From a virus (Duplodnaviria; Caudoviricetes): a stretch of 64,000 nt of DNA. The notes under the pieces are model-generated. The model was not told the DNA's origin. It did not search any database and saw only the letters and a list, made by a program, of their open reading frames with translations. The DNA is taken from the IMG/VR virus record IMGVR_UViG_2894625894_000003, positions 1-64,000 of that record. One strand, given 5' to 3'. Below are positions 28,760 through 38,696 of the stretch, one piece after another; position 1 is the stretch's first letter; the number at the start of each line of letters is the position of its first letter. Both the position numbers and the translations under genes were made by a program.

Positions 28760-30886
28760 ATGAAGAATTTCAATCAAAAGATACAGAACAAGTTTACACA
28801 AATGACCCAAACTGGTAAACTGTTTCGGGCTAACCTGACGGGTCAACAGATTTGGGATTTGTATCTTAATGCCTTCGCTAAAGAGGACAACCCTGTTTTC
28901 CGGGATCCGGCGAGTAGTGTTCATAACTGTAATTACTGTAACAACTTCATCCGGCGATATGGCAATATCGTAGCCATAACCTCCGACTTCAAACTGGAAA
29001 CCATGTTTGATGTGGAGGCTGATCCAGAATATGCCAATTCCGCCAAGGCTATTTCAGAAGCTATCCGGAGTGCCGTTATTGAAGATGTTTTCTTTGAAAC
29101 CTTTCAAGAACTTCAGTACCTGTCTTATGCCCCCTGTTCGAAAAACAACTCGACCTTCCAGCTTGGTGTAGCTAGTAACGTTAAACGGTATACCCAGGAA
29201 GAGGCTGACAAATTTGGTGTTGTAAAGGCTAATGAAATCCGGACCTTTAATCACCTTCATCTTCAACTCGATACTGCTTTTGTGGACAAAACTGGTAAAT
29301 CGATTGAGGCCATTATGAGTGGTTATCGGGATGCCAAACAGGTATTCCAGCGGGCCATGGAAACAATTCCACTGGATACGTTGCTACTAGTCCGGGATTT
29401 GATTCAACAGGGTTCTCTTCTGGACGGTACAACTCATCTGTACAAGATTGAACAAATCATCCCTCTGAAACGGGAATATGACCAGTTACCGGCGGCTCAG
29501 CGGGATAATTGGTGCTGGGCCACATCATACCAATTACCCTTTGCTAAATTCCGCAATGAATTAATTGGAGTGCTGTGTACAGACCTGGCTGAAGGGGAAG
29601 AGCTAAATAAAGCCTGCCAGTCCTGGAATAAAAGGGTCGATCCTGCCAACTACATGAAGGCTACGGCTCCCATCACCAGGAAACAGATCGAGGAAGCCCG
29701 TCTCTTTGTGGAGGAAAACGGATACACGGATTCTTTCAACCGTCGGTTTGCTACCATGGATGATATTAAGGTGTCCGAAATCCTGCATAGTAATGTGGGT
29801 ACCAGCCCATTGAAAACCGTATCCATTTTTGATAGTGTCAAACCCACGGCTACTCGTCATAAACAGAATGAGTTTGATGGTATCGAGTCGGTACCCATCG
29901 ACAAGTTTATGGTGGATATTCTACCAAACTGTTCGGGTATCGAGGCATTTTTCAACCCCCGTCTGTCCGGCAACTTGGTGTCACTAACTACCGCAGCTCA
30001 GGCAGGAACAAAACCCTTGTTTAAGTGGAATAATGATTACTCCTGGACCTTTAACGGAAATCTGGCCGGTAAATCCCAGATAAAGGAAGCTGTAAAATCG
30101 GCCGGCGGTAAGATCGATGGAGTACTTCGGTTCTCCATGATCTGGAATGAAATTGGGAAAGACGAATCCGATCTGGATGCCTGGTGTCAACAACCAGATA
30201 GTGACCGGATTGGATTCAGTACTGGGTATCGTAAGGACGATGGAAATAGGTATTCCCTTTTGGGAGGCCAACTGGATCTGGACAATAGGTACCCAGGGGG
30301 TAAACTAGCCGTAGAGAACATCTACTTTAAAGATCTCAGTAAGATGAAAGACGGTGTTTACAAATTCTGGGTCCATCAATATTCAGCCCGAAACTCCCAG
30401 GGTTTCAAAGCCGAAATTGAGTTTGACGGGGAACTATATACCTATGAATATAACCGTCCGGTATCTGGTAATGTAGTTGTGGCTGAAATTACTCTTTCAA
30501 AGGGTGTATTCACAATTAAGCACCATCTACCAGCAACCGGAGCAGGTTCCAAAGAGATTTATGGTATTACCACAAACCAGTTCCATAAGGTAAACCTGGT
30601 TTGTTTATCTCCCAATCACTGGGGAACCAACCAGGTGGGTAACAAGCACTATTTGTTTATGCTGGATGGGTGTAAGTCTCCGGTAGCCATCCGAGGTTTC
30701 CATAACGAAAACCTTCTTCCCGAATTAGCTCAGCACCGGAAAGTACTGGAAGTCTTGGGAGCAACTAACCTGATAGAATCCACAGATTCCCAACTATCCG
30801 GTCTTGGGTTCAATGCCACGGTCCGCGACGAGCTGATTGTCCGGTTGCAGGGTAGCCACAAACGAGTTATCAAAATCCAATTTTAA
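28760..30886 (+). CDS. large phage protein with CxxC N-domain and YfaP/DUF2135-like domain
   Basis: HNCNYCNNFI; LRFSMIW, DLDAW, GQLDLD, AVENIYF. Confidence 0.75.
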   Translation: MKNFNQKIQNKFTQMTQTGKLFRANLTGQQIWDLYLNAFAKEDNPVFRDPASSVHNCNYCNNFIRRYGNIVAITSDFKLETMFDVEADPEYANSAKAISEAIRSAVIEDVFFETFQELQYLSYAPCSKNNSTFQLGVASNVKRYTQEEADKFGVVKANEIRTFNHLHLQLDTAFVDKTGKSIEAIMSGYRDAKQVFQRAMETIPLDTLLLVRDLIQQGSLLDGTTHLYKIEQIIPLKREYDQLPAAQRDNWCWATSYQLPFAKFRNELIGVLCTDLAEGEELNKACQSWNKRVDPANYMKATAPITRKQIEEARLFVEENGYTDSFNRRFATMDDIKVSEILHSNVGTSPLKTVSIFDSVKPTATRHKQNEFDGIESVPIDKFMVDILPNCSGIEAFFNPRLSGNLVSLTTAAQAGTKPLFKWNNDYSWTFNGNLAGKSQIKEAVKSAGGKIDGVLRFSMIWNEIGKDESDLDAWCQQPDSDRIGFSTGYRKDDGNRYSLLGGQLDLDNRYPGGKLAVENIYFKDLSKMKDGVYKFWVHQYSARNSQGFKAEIEFDGELYTYEYNRPVSGNVVVAEITLSKGVFTIKHHLPATGAGSKEIYGITTNQFHKVNLVCLSPNHWGTNQVGNKHYLFMLDGCKSPVAIRGFHNENLLPELAQHRKVLEVLGATNLIESTDSQLSGLGFNATVRDELIVRLQGSHKRVIKIQF

Positions 30887-30910
30887 TCAATTCAAAACCA
30901 AGTAAAACAC

Positions 30911-31282
30911 ATGGAAATTTTCAAATCCGCCAGTCAGTTAAAGTTACGTTTTCAAACCTCAAGAGGAGTCCTGACCACCGAACAGTTATGGGATCTTACC
31001 CTTATAGAATTAGATGCATTGGCCGTCGCACTGGAGACCGAGCACGAGAAATCCGGAAAGAAATCCTTCCTGGCCAAAACATCGGATAAAAATAAACTGG
31101 CCAAGCTCCGATTTGATGTAGTCCTGGAGGTACTAACTACCCGTGTAGCTGAAAATCAGGAAGCAGCTGAAGCAGCTGAAATCAAGGCCCATAACCAAAA
31201 GATCATTGCCCTGATTGCCGAGAAGGAGGATGAAACCCTCAAGGGCAAATCGGTTGAGGAATTGACAGCTATGTTAAAATAA
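30911..31282 (+). CDS. coiled-coil partner of the upstream large protein
   Basis: KLRF..RG.LTTEQLWDL N-terminus; adjacent to the large gene. Confidence 0.75.
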   Translation: MEIFKSASQLKLRFQTSRGVLTTEQLWDLTLIELDALAVALETEHEKSGKKSFLAKTSDKNKLAKLRFDVVLEVLTTRVAENQEAAEAAEIKAHNQKIIALIAEKEDETLKGKSVEELTAMLK

Positions 31283-31290
31283 AATAAATG

Positions 31291-31334
31291 AGTCACCCGG
31301 TATCGAGTTCAGGGAGGACTGGTATCAGGTGACT
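31291..31334 (+). promoter_or_regulatory. imperfect long intercistronic hairpin
   Basis: AGTCACC/GGTGACT closing stem with G-U-rich inner stems. Confidence 0.45.
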
Positions 31335-31351
31335 ATTAAAACACAACACAC

Positions 31352-31738
31352 ATGTCATTAAGTAAAGAAAATCCCCGTGACATTTCCATTGCCGAATGGC
31401 TTGGATGGAAACTGGTCCGTGAAAATGAACTACCCTCTTTTCATCATCAAGCCGGTTGGGTGGTACCAGATCAGGGCTATGGTATAATTATCCGAAACAA
31501 ACTCAACTTCCGGTATGACTGGCAGCAGTTAATGGCTGTTGTTGACAAGATTGAGGCCGATGTGGATTCAGAAGGTTCCCGACCACGTGTTACTATCGAT
31601 ACCCGGTTTGTCCGGATTGATGACAAGGAGTACCTAATAGTGGATGGTAAACCCAAACAGGATATAGTTTGGGCCGCTGTATCCGATTACTGTTTAGCCC
31701 ACCCAAAGAATGAAAACAATATCGTTACCCCTGGATGA
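31352..31738 (+). CDS. hypothetical protein
   Basis: IAEWLGW...DWQQLMAVVDKIE motif. Confidence 0.7.
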   Translation: MSLSKENPRDISIAEWLGWKLVRENELPSFHHQAGWVVPDQGYGIIIRNKLNFRYDWQQLMAVVDKIEADVDSEGSRPRVTIDTRFVRIDDKEYLIVDGKPKQDIVWAAVSDYCLAHPKNENNIVTPG

Positions 31739-32135
31739 ATACCAAGCCCTGGTTGATTTTAAGGCCTCCCGAACCGTGGAGGTTATTTTTTCCGGATTTT
31801 CATTTAAGGAAATCAAAAATGAAGAGGCCCTACAAGATAAGACTAGGGACTTAATCCGGGAAATGGAACGGCTTATCAACCAGTGTAAGGTGGAACGGGA
31901 TAATATGAACCGTGAACGGAATAGTTTAAACACACAGAAACGAGAATTCTTTAATCAAAAATCGGAACAGGAAGCCAGAATCAGCCAATTAGTGCTACAC
32001 AATCGAGACCTCCAGGAATCACTCGATACGGTTCAGGTAAAGTACACGACCCATTTGAAATTACAGGGGAATACGCCAAAATGGATACGAAATCTGATTC
32101 GTAAAATATACGGCAACCATGCAAGAACAATCTGA
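31710..32135 (+). CDS. coiled-coil protein
   Basis: Heptad-rich, charged sequence. Confidence 0.7.
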   Translation: MKTISLPLDEYQALVDFKASRTVEVIFSGFSFKEIKNEEALQDKTRDLIREMERLINQCKVERDNMNRERNSLNTQKREFFNQKSEQEARISQLVLHNRDLQESLDTVQVKYTTHLKLQGNTPKWIRNLIRKIYGNHARTI

Positions 32136-32253
32136 CATCTATGATTGTGACGGATGCGGTCACGAATTCCATTCGGACAAATTGGTCCAGACAGATAATG
32201 GAACCTATTGTAAAAAGTGTCTACCCTATGAAGCGGATCAAACCCACTCCTGA
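32119..32253 (+). CDS. 44-aa zinc-finger protein, absent from the ORF track
   Basis: Manual translation MQEQSDIYDCDGCGHEF...TYCKKCLPYEADQTHS; two CxxC motifs. Confidence 0.65.
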   Translation: MQEQSDIYDCDGCGHEFHSDKLVQTDNGTYCKKCLPYEADQTHS

Positions 32254-32389
32254 TCAAATAATAGCCTTTGGATTAGTGGTTAATAAATATGGATATATGA
32301 ATAAGCCATCTAAAGACCTGTATCCATATGATGCCGCTACTGGATGGCAAAATCTCAATAATGCCAGATTAATTTATGGTAACCGGTAA
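32228..32389 (+). CDS. small hypothetical protein
   Basis: ATG at 32228 overlaps the end of the zinc-finger ORF. Confidence 0.5.
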   Translation: MKRIKPTPDQIIAFGLVVNKYGYMNKPSKDLYPYDAATGWQNLNNARLIYGNR

Positions 32390-32403
32390 ATCCAACAATA
32401 ATT

Positions 32404-32820
32404 ATGACTGCGGAATTTGATAAAATGGATCCCGAGTTAAAAACCAAACTGGTGGCAGCCCTCCGGTCAGGTAAATACATAAAGTGGGAAGGGGATCTAA
32501 AATTCGTAGAAGCTACCATTTGCCGGCACTGCACCATGGGGGTATTAGCGGATCTAAAGTATCCAAACAAGTGGATTGAACGCTATGAGAGGCAGAACGG
32601 AATGACCATGGAAGTCCCGGGTTTAACTCTGGAAGGATTAGGCTTAACAGCTACACAACGAAATATGATTGTTAAACTAAACGATTGGGCTCAGTACGGG
32701 AGAAGACATCTGGAACAAGTGGGTATACCAGAAGAATTTCTAAACAAGATCGACCCGGATGGTACACTGGAACAAACTACCTTCGACCACATGGCCGATT
32801 TCATAGAAAACTATTTCTGA
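32404..32820 (+). CDS. hypothetical protein
   Basis: ALRSGKY, CTMGVLADL, TFDHMADFIE motifs. Confidence 0.75.
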   Translation: MTAEFDKMDPELKTKLVAALRSGKYIKWEGDLKFVEATICRHCTMGVLADLKYPNKWIERYERQNGMTMEVPGLTLEGLGLTATQRNMIVKLNDWAQYGRRHLEQVGIPEEFLNKIDPDGTLEQTTFDHMADFIENYF

Positions 32821-32821
32821 T

Positions 32822-32995
32822 ATGGAAGGCCTAACACTCTCACCAGCTCCCCAGGATCAATACCCCCTGGAGGACTGGAAATACGAAGTAGCCAACAACC
32901 AGACCCAACTCGGTTACCGGGATTGGGTCGAGAGTTGTCTGGAACGTGATACGTTCGATAATGTGGTTGATGACAATAACCAAGGAAGCAATTGA
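32822..32995 (+). CDS. 57-aa acidic protein, absent from the ORF track
   Basis: Manual translation ...YPLEDWKYEVANNQTQLGYRDWV...; fills the gap between neighbours. Confidence 0.65.
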   Translation: MEGLTLSPAPQDQYPLEDWKYEVANNQTQLGYRDWVESCLERDTFDNVVDDNNQGSN

Positions 32996-33797
32996 CAACC
33001 GGCTGGCCCAGCTGCTACGGGGCGATAAGAAACTCTTACACTCGGGGAATGATAATGCCAAGCTGGCCAAGAACTCGGTCGAAAGCTACATCCTGAATCT
33101 ATCCCCTTTTACTCAGAATTCGAAAGGCACTAACCTGTGCCCTGGATCAACACCAGGGTGCCAGACAGGTTGTTTGTCTACAGCGGGACACGGACGGATG
33201 CCGAGTGTAGTACAGACTAGGCTATTGAATACCGAAGTGTTCATCCACCACCGGAAGTTCTTCCTGAATAGATTGTTGGATGAGCTCAGAGCTCTCAATA
33301 TCCAGGCCATCCTGGAAAACACCCAATATGCTATTCGGTTGAACGGCACCTCAGATCTGGAATGGGTCCGATTGATTCAGACCATGACAGGGGAAAACAT
33401 TCTGGACTTCTCAAACCTGATCTACTATGACTACACGAAGATCGAAAACTGGGTCCATAAGTACTTCGGAACCAAATACCATCTGACTTTTTCAAGATCG
33501 GAAACCAACTGGGATCAGTGTAAAAAATTACTGGATTCCGGTCTTAATGTGGCGGTTGTCTTCCACCCTTACATTCCTTACCAATACGGTGGCTATCCAG
33601 TAATCTCCGGAGAGGAAAACGATATGCGGTTCACGGACCCAAAAGGAGTTGTTGTGGGCCTGCTGGCTAAAGGAAAGGCTAAGCAAGATAAACGGGGATT
33701 TGTGGTTGAGCACAAAGACTGGGGTTCCAGTATTGAAGGATGGAAAGCAGGACCGGAGGAACGTATTAAACGAGCTACTCAAACATTATTACCATGA
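32970..33797 (+). CDS. GP88-family (radical-SAM-like) protein
   Basis: NAKLAK, LCPGSTPGCQTGCL, RLNGTSD, YYDYTK, YHLTFS, DMRFTDP. Confidence 0.8.
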   Translation: MTITKEAIDNRLAQLLRGDKKLLHSGNDNAKLAKNSVESYILNLSPFTQNSKGTNLCPGSTPGCQTGCLSTAGHGRMPSVVQTRLLNTEVFIHHRKFFLNRLLDELRALNIQAILENTQYAIRLNGTSDLEWVRLIQTMTGENILDFSNLIYYDYTKIENWVHKYFGTKYHLTFSRSETNWDQCKKLLDSGLNVAVVFHPYIPYQYGGYPVISGEENDMRFTDPKGVVVGLLAKGKAKQDKRGFVVEHKDWGSSIEGWKAGPEERIKRATQTLLP

Positions 33798-34489
33798 ACA
33801 GGCAAAATGTACAGGCCCTTCGAGTTGAATGGGCCAATATAAAACCTCGGGCAATCAATCTATTCCACCAGCTGCTCATACAGATGGGGCGATTTGGTGT
33901 AAAGTGGGTGTTATTTATCGATGGTATGGGCAATGATGACCCGATTGAGTTAAACCACCGAGATATACCACACGTCACAGGACTGAATTTAAAACCAGTA
34001 GATGTAGACAGCCACGACATCGTGGTATGGGGTATAATGGCAGATGGGTCTCTTCTGGCTGAAAGTAGCCAAAACGGTGCAAGTTTTAAGATGTCCGTTG
34101 ATACAATAGATACGGACCATTTACTACAAATTCTGGATTCAGGATACCTCTACCTGGATGAACCAAAATCCCATACTGAACCTGTTGAAGGTCCGCTAAC
34201 ACTGGATACCCCCTTTACGATCTGGTGGTCCCCTGAAACTGAAGAAGAGGCACGTGAATGGCAAAAGGATGCCAAAGACAAAGGGGATGTATCCTGGTAT
34301 ACAGTTGATACAGAGCATTATCGCCAAGACGGTCAACCCCAAATGGATTTTTTCATCAATACTACCATTGGCCGGGCACTTACCTATTACGAAAGACCGG
34401 ATGCTATTGCCCAGTATTTCAAGGAAGTAGAGGATGCCTTTGACCAGATTAACCAACTTTTTAAGGGGAAGCATGGCACAAGTGTTTGA
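33794..34489 (+). CDS. hypothetical acidic protein
   Basis: ATGA coupling. Confidence 0.7.
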   Translation: MNRQNVQALRVEWANIKPRAINLFHQLLIQMGRFGVKWVLFIDGMGNDDPIELNHRDIPHVTGLNLKPVDVDSHDIVVWGIMADGSLLAESSQNGASFKMSVDTIDTDHLLQILDSGYLYLDEPKSHTEPVEGPLTLDTPFTIWWSPETEEEAREWQKDAKDKGDVSWYTVDTEHYRQDGQPQMDFFINTTIGRALTYYERPDAIAQYFKEVEDAFDQINQLFKGKHGTSV

Positions 34490-34871
34490 ATTAATCCGGG
34501 ATGAACGGGTTACGATCTGGCACCGGTATTCTGTTAGTGTAGAAGCAGACAATATGGAGGAAGCCGTCAATAAACTAAAAGGGGACGGATCGCTTGGATA
34601 TGATTGGGCTAGTCAACCAGGTATAGTGGCAGGTCCCTGTGTTCCACTATGGGATACAGAAGAACTTACCGAACCGCAAGAACTCGGTTCATTTGGAAGC
34701 ATTGAAATAACCTTACCAGATGATAATCAAGGAGGTGAACCAAGCCTACTATGGTCCAATGCTAAATATCAAGAACCTGAAATAATGCACCCTGAAGATC
34801 CTGTAAATATAGGGCAGGACAGGAAATCGTACTCGGGCAATCAGGATCGGGAACACTACACAACAGATTAA
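34473..34871 (+). CDS. acidic protein with VEAxxxEEA motif (DpnD/PcfM-like)
   Basis: SVEADNMEEAV. Confidence 0.6.
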   Translation: MAQVFELIRDERVTIWHRYSVSVEADNMEEAVNKLKGDGSLGYDWASQPGIVAGPCVPLWDTEELTEPQELGSFGSIEITLPDDNQGGEPSLLWSNAKYQEPEIMHPEDPVNIGQDRKSYSGNQDREHYTTD

Positions 34872-34873
34872 CT

Positions 34874-35110
34874 ATGAAAGTTCAAACTGTTAATTATAAC
34901 CGAGTTCTCTCAGCCGGGTATACTGGTACAAGTGGAAACGGCAACACGAGGGGTATTCAATTAACACCCGTACTCCACAGTCGTCAGGTAGAAATGGTCC
35001 CACTAACCAGCCGGGGGAAACCGGCCTCCTGTGAAATCTGTGTTCCTATCGAGGAGATAGATGCTTTTATCGAAGCCCTTCAGGAAATCAAAACCAACTG
35101 GCCCAAATGA
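34874..35110 (+). CDS. hypothetical protein
   Basis: ORF packing. Confidence 0.65.
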   Translation: MKVQTVNYNRVLSAGYTGTSGNGNTRGIQLTPVLHSRQVEMVPLTSRGKPASCEICVPIEEIDAFIEALQEIKTNWPK

Positions 35111-35706
35111 CACCGACTGAATTCATATTACAGTATATGCCCTTTCGGTACCGGATATTTAGGGTAGACGAGTATGAGAAATGGCGGGCTGAAAATCCGA
35201 GACATACGTTTAGTACATCTCTTCTTGCCGAAAGACTACCTAGTCTATACACAGAAGATCAAATTAAACAGGTTTGGGTAACTGCTTTCTTTCGGGGTCG
35301 GGAATATAAATTACCTGAAAGTAATCCACATTTCAGAACCCGGTCTGCCGACAGGCATTCTCAAAATGGATGGACTTATTGGTATACGTTAAGTGACAAT
35401 AAGCCAACCTTTGATGACACTTTCGGCATTCTGATGAGAGAATGTATGAGTGCCTGGGACTGTAACGACTTTACAGAATACCTGATATACCTTCAGGAAC
35501 TCCAGACAGATCTGAACAAACTGGATCTAAAAGTGACCGAATATCAGTTTGACCTATTTGGTAAAATGTACCTAGTACTGGCTGAATTATTAGGTAGTGC
35601 TTATACGGAGTGGAGCTTGAACATGAATTTCAAGGCAGTTCAAGAACTCAAAACCGGAGAGTTTGAAGATTTTCTGGAGGCTTACCTGGAAGAAGTTGAC
35701 TATTAA
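35107..35706 (+). CDS. hypothetical protein
   Basis: ATGA coupling. Confidence 0.7.
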   Translation: MTPTEFILQYMPFRYRIFRVDEYEKWRAENPRHTFSTSLLAERLPSLYTEDQIKQVWVTAFFRGREYKLPESNPHFRTRSADRHSQNGWTYWYTLSDNKPTFDDTFGILMRECMSAWDCNDFTEYLIYLQELQTDLNKLDLKVTEYQFDLFGKMYLVLAELLGSAYTEWSLNMNFKAVQELKTGEFEDFLEAYLEEVDY

Positions 35707-35708
35707 CG

Positions 35709-35999
35709 ATGCCCCAATACATTATTCCCTGCTATTTCGAATTTCACGGCAAAGTAGCTGTGGAAGCAGACACGTTGGAAGAGGCTGTTGAACAGGTCAC
35801 CCAACAACAGGACCTAAATGGAGACGAGAGCTTCCGGAAAGGAAACGTTTCCGATCTGCACTTTACTGAACACGTAAAACTGGATACTCCCGGTATTACC
35901 GAGTACAATAGTCAAAAATTTCCAGGTGAGGTTGAAGCCTTTAAAAAACTGTCACTGGACCAACTCAAAGAACTATTTGGATCAGACCATGTTGAATAA
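35709..35999 (+). CDS. acidic protein with VEAxxxEEA motif
   Basis: AVEADTLEEAV. Confidence 0.6.
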   Translation: MPQYIIPCYFEFHGKVAVEADTLEEAVEQVTQQQDLNGDESFRKGNVSDLHFTEHVKLDTPGITEYNSQKFPGEVEAFKKLSLDQLKELFGSDHVE

Positions 36000-37563
36000 C
36001 CCTGAGTTTTACCCCACCCCAGAAGCCGTTATACGGCGCATGCTGGAACCCTACAAAGGACTTGATGACAAACACGTTCTGGACCCCGAAGCAGGGAGCG
36101 GGGCCATACTGGATTATCTAAACAGTACCAGACACCGTGTACCTCGCAACAAGCTGTACTGCCTGGAATCCGATCCCGAGCTGCAATTCACCCTTCAAGG
36201 GAAGGGCTACCGGTTTTTAGGCCCGGATTTTCTGGATTATCAGGGTGATTACCGGTTTGATCTGGTTGTAATGAACCCACCTTTTTCGAACGGAGATGCC
36301 CATCTACTCAAGGCCTGGGAGATCATGCGGAACGGTGACATCGTTTGTCTTCTGAACTGGGAAACCATTAATAATCCCTATACCAAACGGCGTCAGGAAT
36401 TAGTGGCACTTATTGAGCAGCATGGCACGGTTGAGAATATCGGACCCGTCTTCGATGAGTTAAACGTACTGAGAAAAACCGACATCGATATTGCTCTGGT
36501 ACGGCTCCAAAAAACCGAATCTGATCCGCTGCTTGACTTTAGCCATCTACGCTCGAAGGACAAGCCGGTTGATTTATCATTCGACCTAAACAGTGCAGAA
36601 ACGACCTTGATTAAGGAAGACAAAATCGGGGCCATGTTGGATCTGTTTGAGAAAACCAAGGAGATGTTTGTTGGGCTGCTGAAAGCCCGTAATCAGCTGA
36701 GTTATTACGGTAATCATCTCATTGACCAGAATATCTTTGAGATTGCCGACAATGCCCTTAAAAATGGTAGGAGTACGAATGATGTATACAACCTATTCAT
36801 TCAGGAGTATGGTGGTGCCGCCTGGGCCAGCATCCTACGTAAACTCAGTGTGGAAAAATACTTGACATACAAGGTAAAACAGGATTTCGAAAAATTCCGG
36901 CAAACCCAGGGAAGCATGTCGTTGACCAGAGAAAACATCATTGCCTTAGTGCAGATGCTGATTACCAACCGGCACGAAATTATGAAAAAGGCCGTGGTGG
37001 AAGTGTTTGATCAGTGTACCAAGTACTACCATGAGAATCGTATGATGGTAGCTGGCTGGAAAACCAATGATGCCTGGAAAGTCAACAAACGGATTGTGTT
37101 ACCACGATACATTAGTTCAGAAAACCGGGAATACCGGTCTCAACCGCAAATGTTTCGTATCAACTGGAATTACTCGGATCAATTCAGAGACATCGAAAAG
37201 GTGATGTGTTACCTGACTGGCCGTGACTGGGATAAAATAACCCGGATGGAGGACATTATTAATACCATTCCGTTCGGCAAAACAGCTGAGACCGAAACCG
37301 AATTCTTTTGGATACGCTGTTATCTGAAAGGTACGATCCACCTCCGTTTTAAAGATGATAAACTCTGGGAACGATTCAACAGGACGGCAGCAGAAGGTAA
37401 AAACTGGCTAGGGTATGATCCAAGTTACAAACCCGATTCAAAACAAACCCCTTCATCCAATCTGGTACCTATTAAACCAGTTCCTCAGGAGGAATTGGCC
37501 GAGCAATACGGCAGTGTTCTTACTCCTGAACAGAACGGTCAACTGGCCCTGGTGCTCGTTTAA
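35989..37563 (+). CDS. amino-methyltransferase (N6-adenine type) fused to a DUF4942-like domain
   Basis: FYPTP, VLDPEAGSG, MNPPF; C-terminal WKTN and YLKGTIHLRF. Confidence 0.88.
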   Translation: MLNNPEFYPTPEAVIRRMLEPYKGLDDKHVLDPEAGSGAILDYLNSTRHRVPRNKLYCLESDPELQFTLQGKGYRFLGPDFLDYQGDYRFDLVVMNPPFSNGDAHLLKAWEIMRNGDIVCLLNWETINNPYTKRRQELVALIEQHGTVENIGPVFDELNVLRKTDIDIALVRLQKTESDPLLDFSHLRSKDKPVDLSFDLNSAETTLIKEDKIGAMLDLFEKTKEMFVGLLKARNQLSYYGNHLIDQNIFEIADNALKNGRSTNDVYNLFIQEYGGAAWASILRKLSVEKYLTYKVKQDFEKFRQTQGSMSLTRENIIALVQMLITNRHEIMKKAVVEVFDQCTKYYHENRMMVAGWKTNDAWKVNKRIVLPRYISSENREYRSQPQMFRINWNYSDQFRDIEKVMCYLTGRDWDKITRMEDIINTIPFGKTAETETEFFWIRCYLKGTIHLRFKDDKLWERFNRTAAEGKNWLGYDPSYKPDSKQTPSSNLVPIKPVPQEELAEQYGSVLTPEQNGQLALVLV

Positions 37564-37576
37564 TCCAACACTCTTT

Positions 37577-37831
37577 ATGATTGTTAATATTCCGGACCGC
37601 TCGGTGACGGAAGGGGTCAAGGTATCCCGGTTTGAAATCGGGAACACTTGCCCGGTTTGCGGGGGTCCCAGGGGTCTCAACCGGTGGCAAGTGAACCACT
37701 ATGACGGAAAACAGGTCCTACTAGTTGACATTTGGACCAATCCCTGTGGGCATGTTGATCTGCAAAGTAGTGCCCGCCAGGAAGCTGCTCAAATCCTAAA
37801 AGAGCAGGAAGAACTGGCTAACACCGGATAA
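37577..37831 (+). CDS. small Zn-binding protein
   Basis: CPVCGGPRG...WTNPCGHVD. Confidence 0.7.
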   Translation: MIVNIPDRSVTEGVKVSRFEIGNTCPVCGGPRGLNRWQVNHYDGKQVLLVDIWTNPCGHVDLQSSARQEAAQILKEQEELANTG

Positions 37832-37874
37832 ATACCGAAAAACCGGTAGAACTAATCAATAAATAATTACCTTT

Positions 37875-38696
37875 GTGCTCAAACCGGCAGAAATAACCGA
37901 TCTGGATGATCTTATCGGATCGGGTGCCCTGTTCATCGCAAATCATTCTGGCGGGAAGGACAGTGATGCCATGTACGATTATCTGGCCAGGACTATCCCG
38001 GCCCCCCAATTAATCGTTGTCCATGTCGCCCTTGGCCACATCGAATGGCCTGGACTCATCGAACATATTCAAACGTATCTACAGCCCGGACATGATTTCC
38101 ACGTCATCAGCTCCCACAAAACGCTGTTTGATATGGTTAACAACCGGGGCATGTGGCCGTCTCCTGAGAACCGGCAGTGTACGTCCGATTTAAAACGTGA
38201 CCCCGTTGCCAAGCTGGCCCGGAAACTATCCAATGAACGCAATATTCCGATCATTGTGGATTGTCTGGGTCTTCGATCCCAGGAATCCGCAGCCCGTTCC
38301 AAACAACCAACCTGGAAACTTAATACCCGGCAGACCAATACACTCCGTACAGCCTATACCTGGCATCCAATTCTGGACTGGACAATTGAGGATGTCTGGG
38401 CAAGCCGGGGGCATACTGTTCTGGAGCTAGTTGAACGTCAGGAAATTTGGGAATATGACCCCGTAGCCGCCGTCAAAGGCTGGAATTTTCACTGGGTTTA
38501 TCCCGCCGGCATGGAGCGGTGTTCGTGCAGCTTCTGTATCATGGCCAAGGATTCGGATCTGAAACGGGCTGGAAAACTTCGACCTGATTTATTGCTGGAA
38601 TACGCCAAGCTGGAACGATCCATTGGTCACACCTTTCGGATGCCCAGGAAAAACCAACCCAAACTCTATCTGGATGAACTCTGCCTTTTATCTTGA
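37875..38696 (+). CDS. PAPS reductase-family (PP-loop) protein
   Basis: HSGGKDS, RQCTSDLKRDP, GLRSQESAAR, HPILDW, RCSCSFC; GTG start. Confidence 0.88.
   Translation: MLKPAEITDLDDLIGSGALFIANHSGGKDSDAMYDYLARTIPAPQLIVVHVALGHIEWPGLIEHIQTYLQPGHDFHVISSHKTLFDMVNNRGMWPSPENRQCTSDLKRDPVAKLARKLSNERNIPIIVDCLGLRSQESAARSKQPTWKLNTRQTNTLRTAYTWHPILDWTIEDVWASRGHTVLELVERQEIWEYDPVAAVKGWNFHWVYPAGMERCSCSFCIMAKDSDLKRAGKLRPDLLLEYAKLERSIGHTFRMPRKNQPKLYLDELCLLS

Noticed and set aside
37868-37877. Perfect TACCTTTG -7 promoter box before the PAPS reductase
   Set aside because: It overlaps the only usable start codon (GTG 37875) and has no clear -33 box, so a transcript from it would lack the start. Left unresolved.
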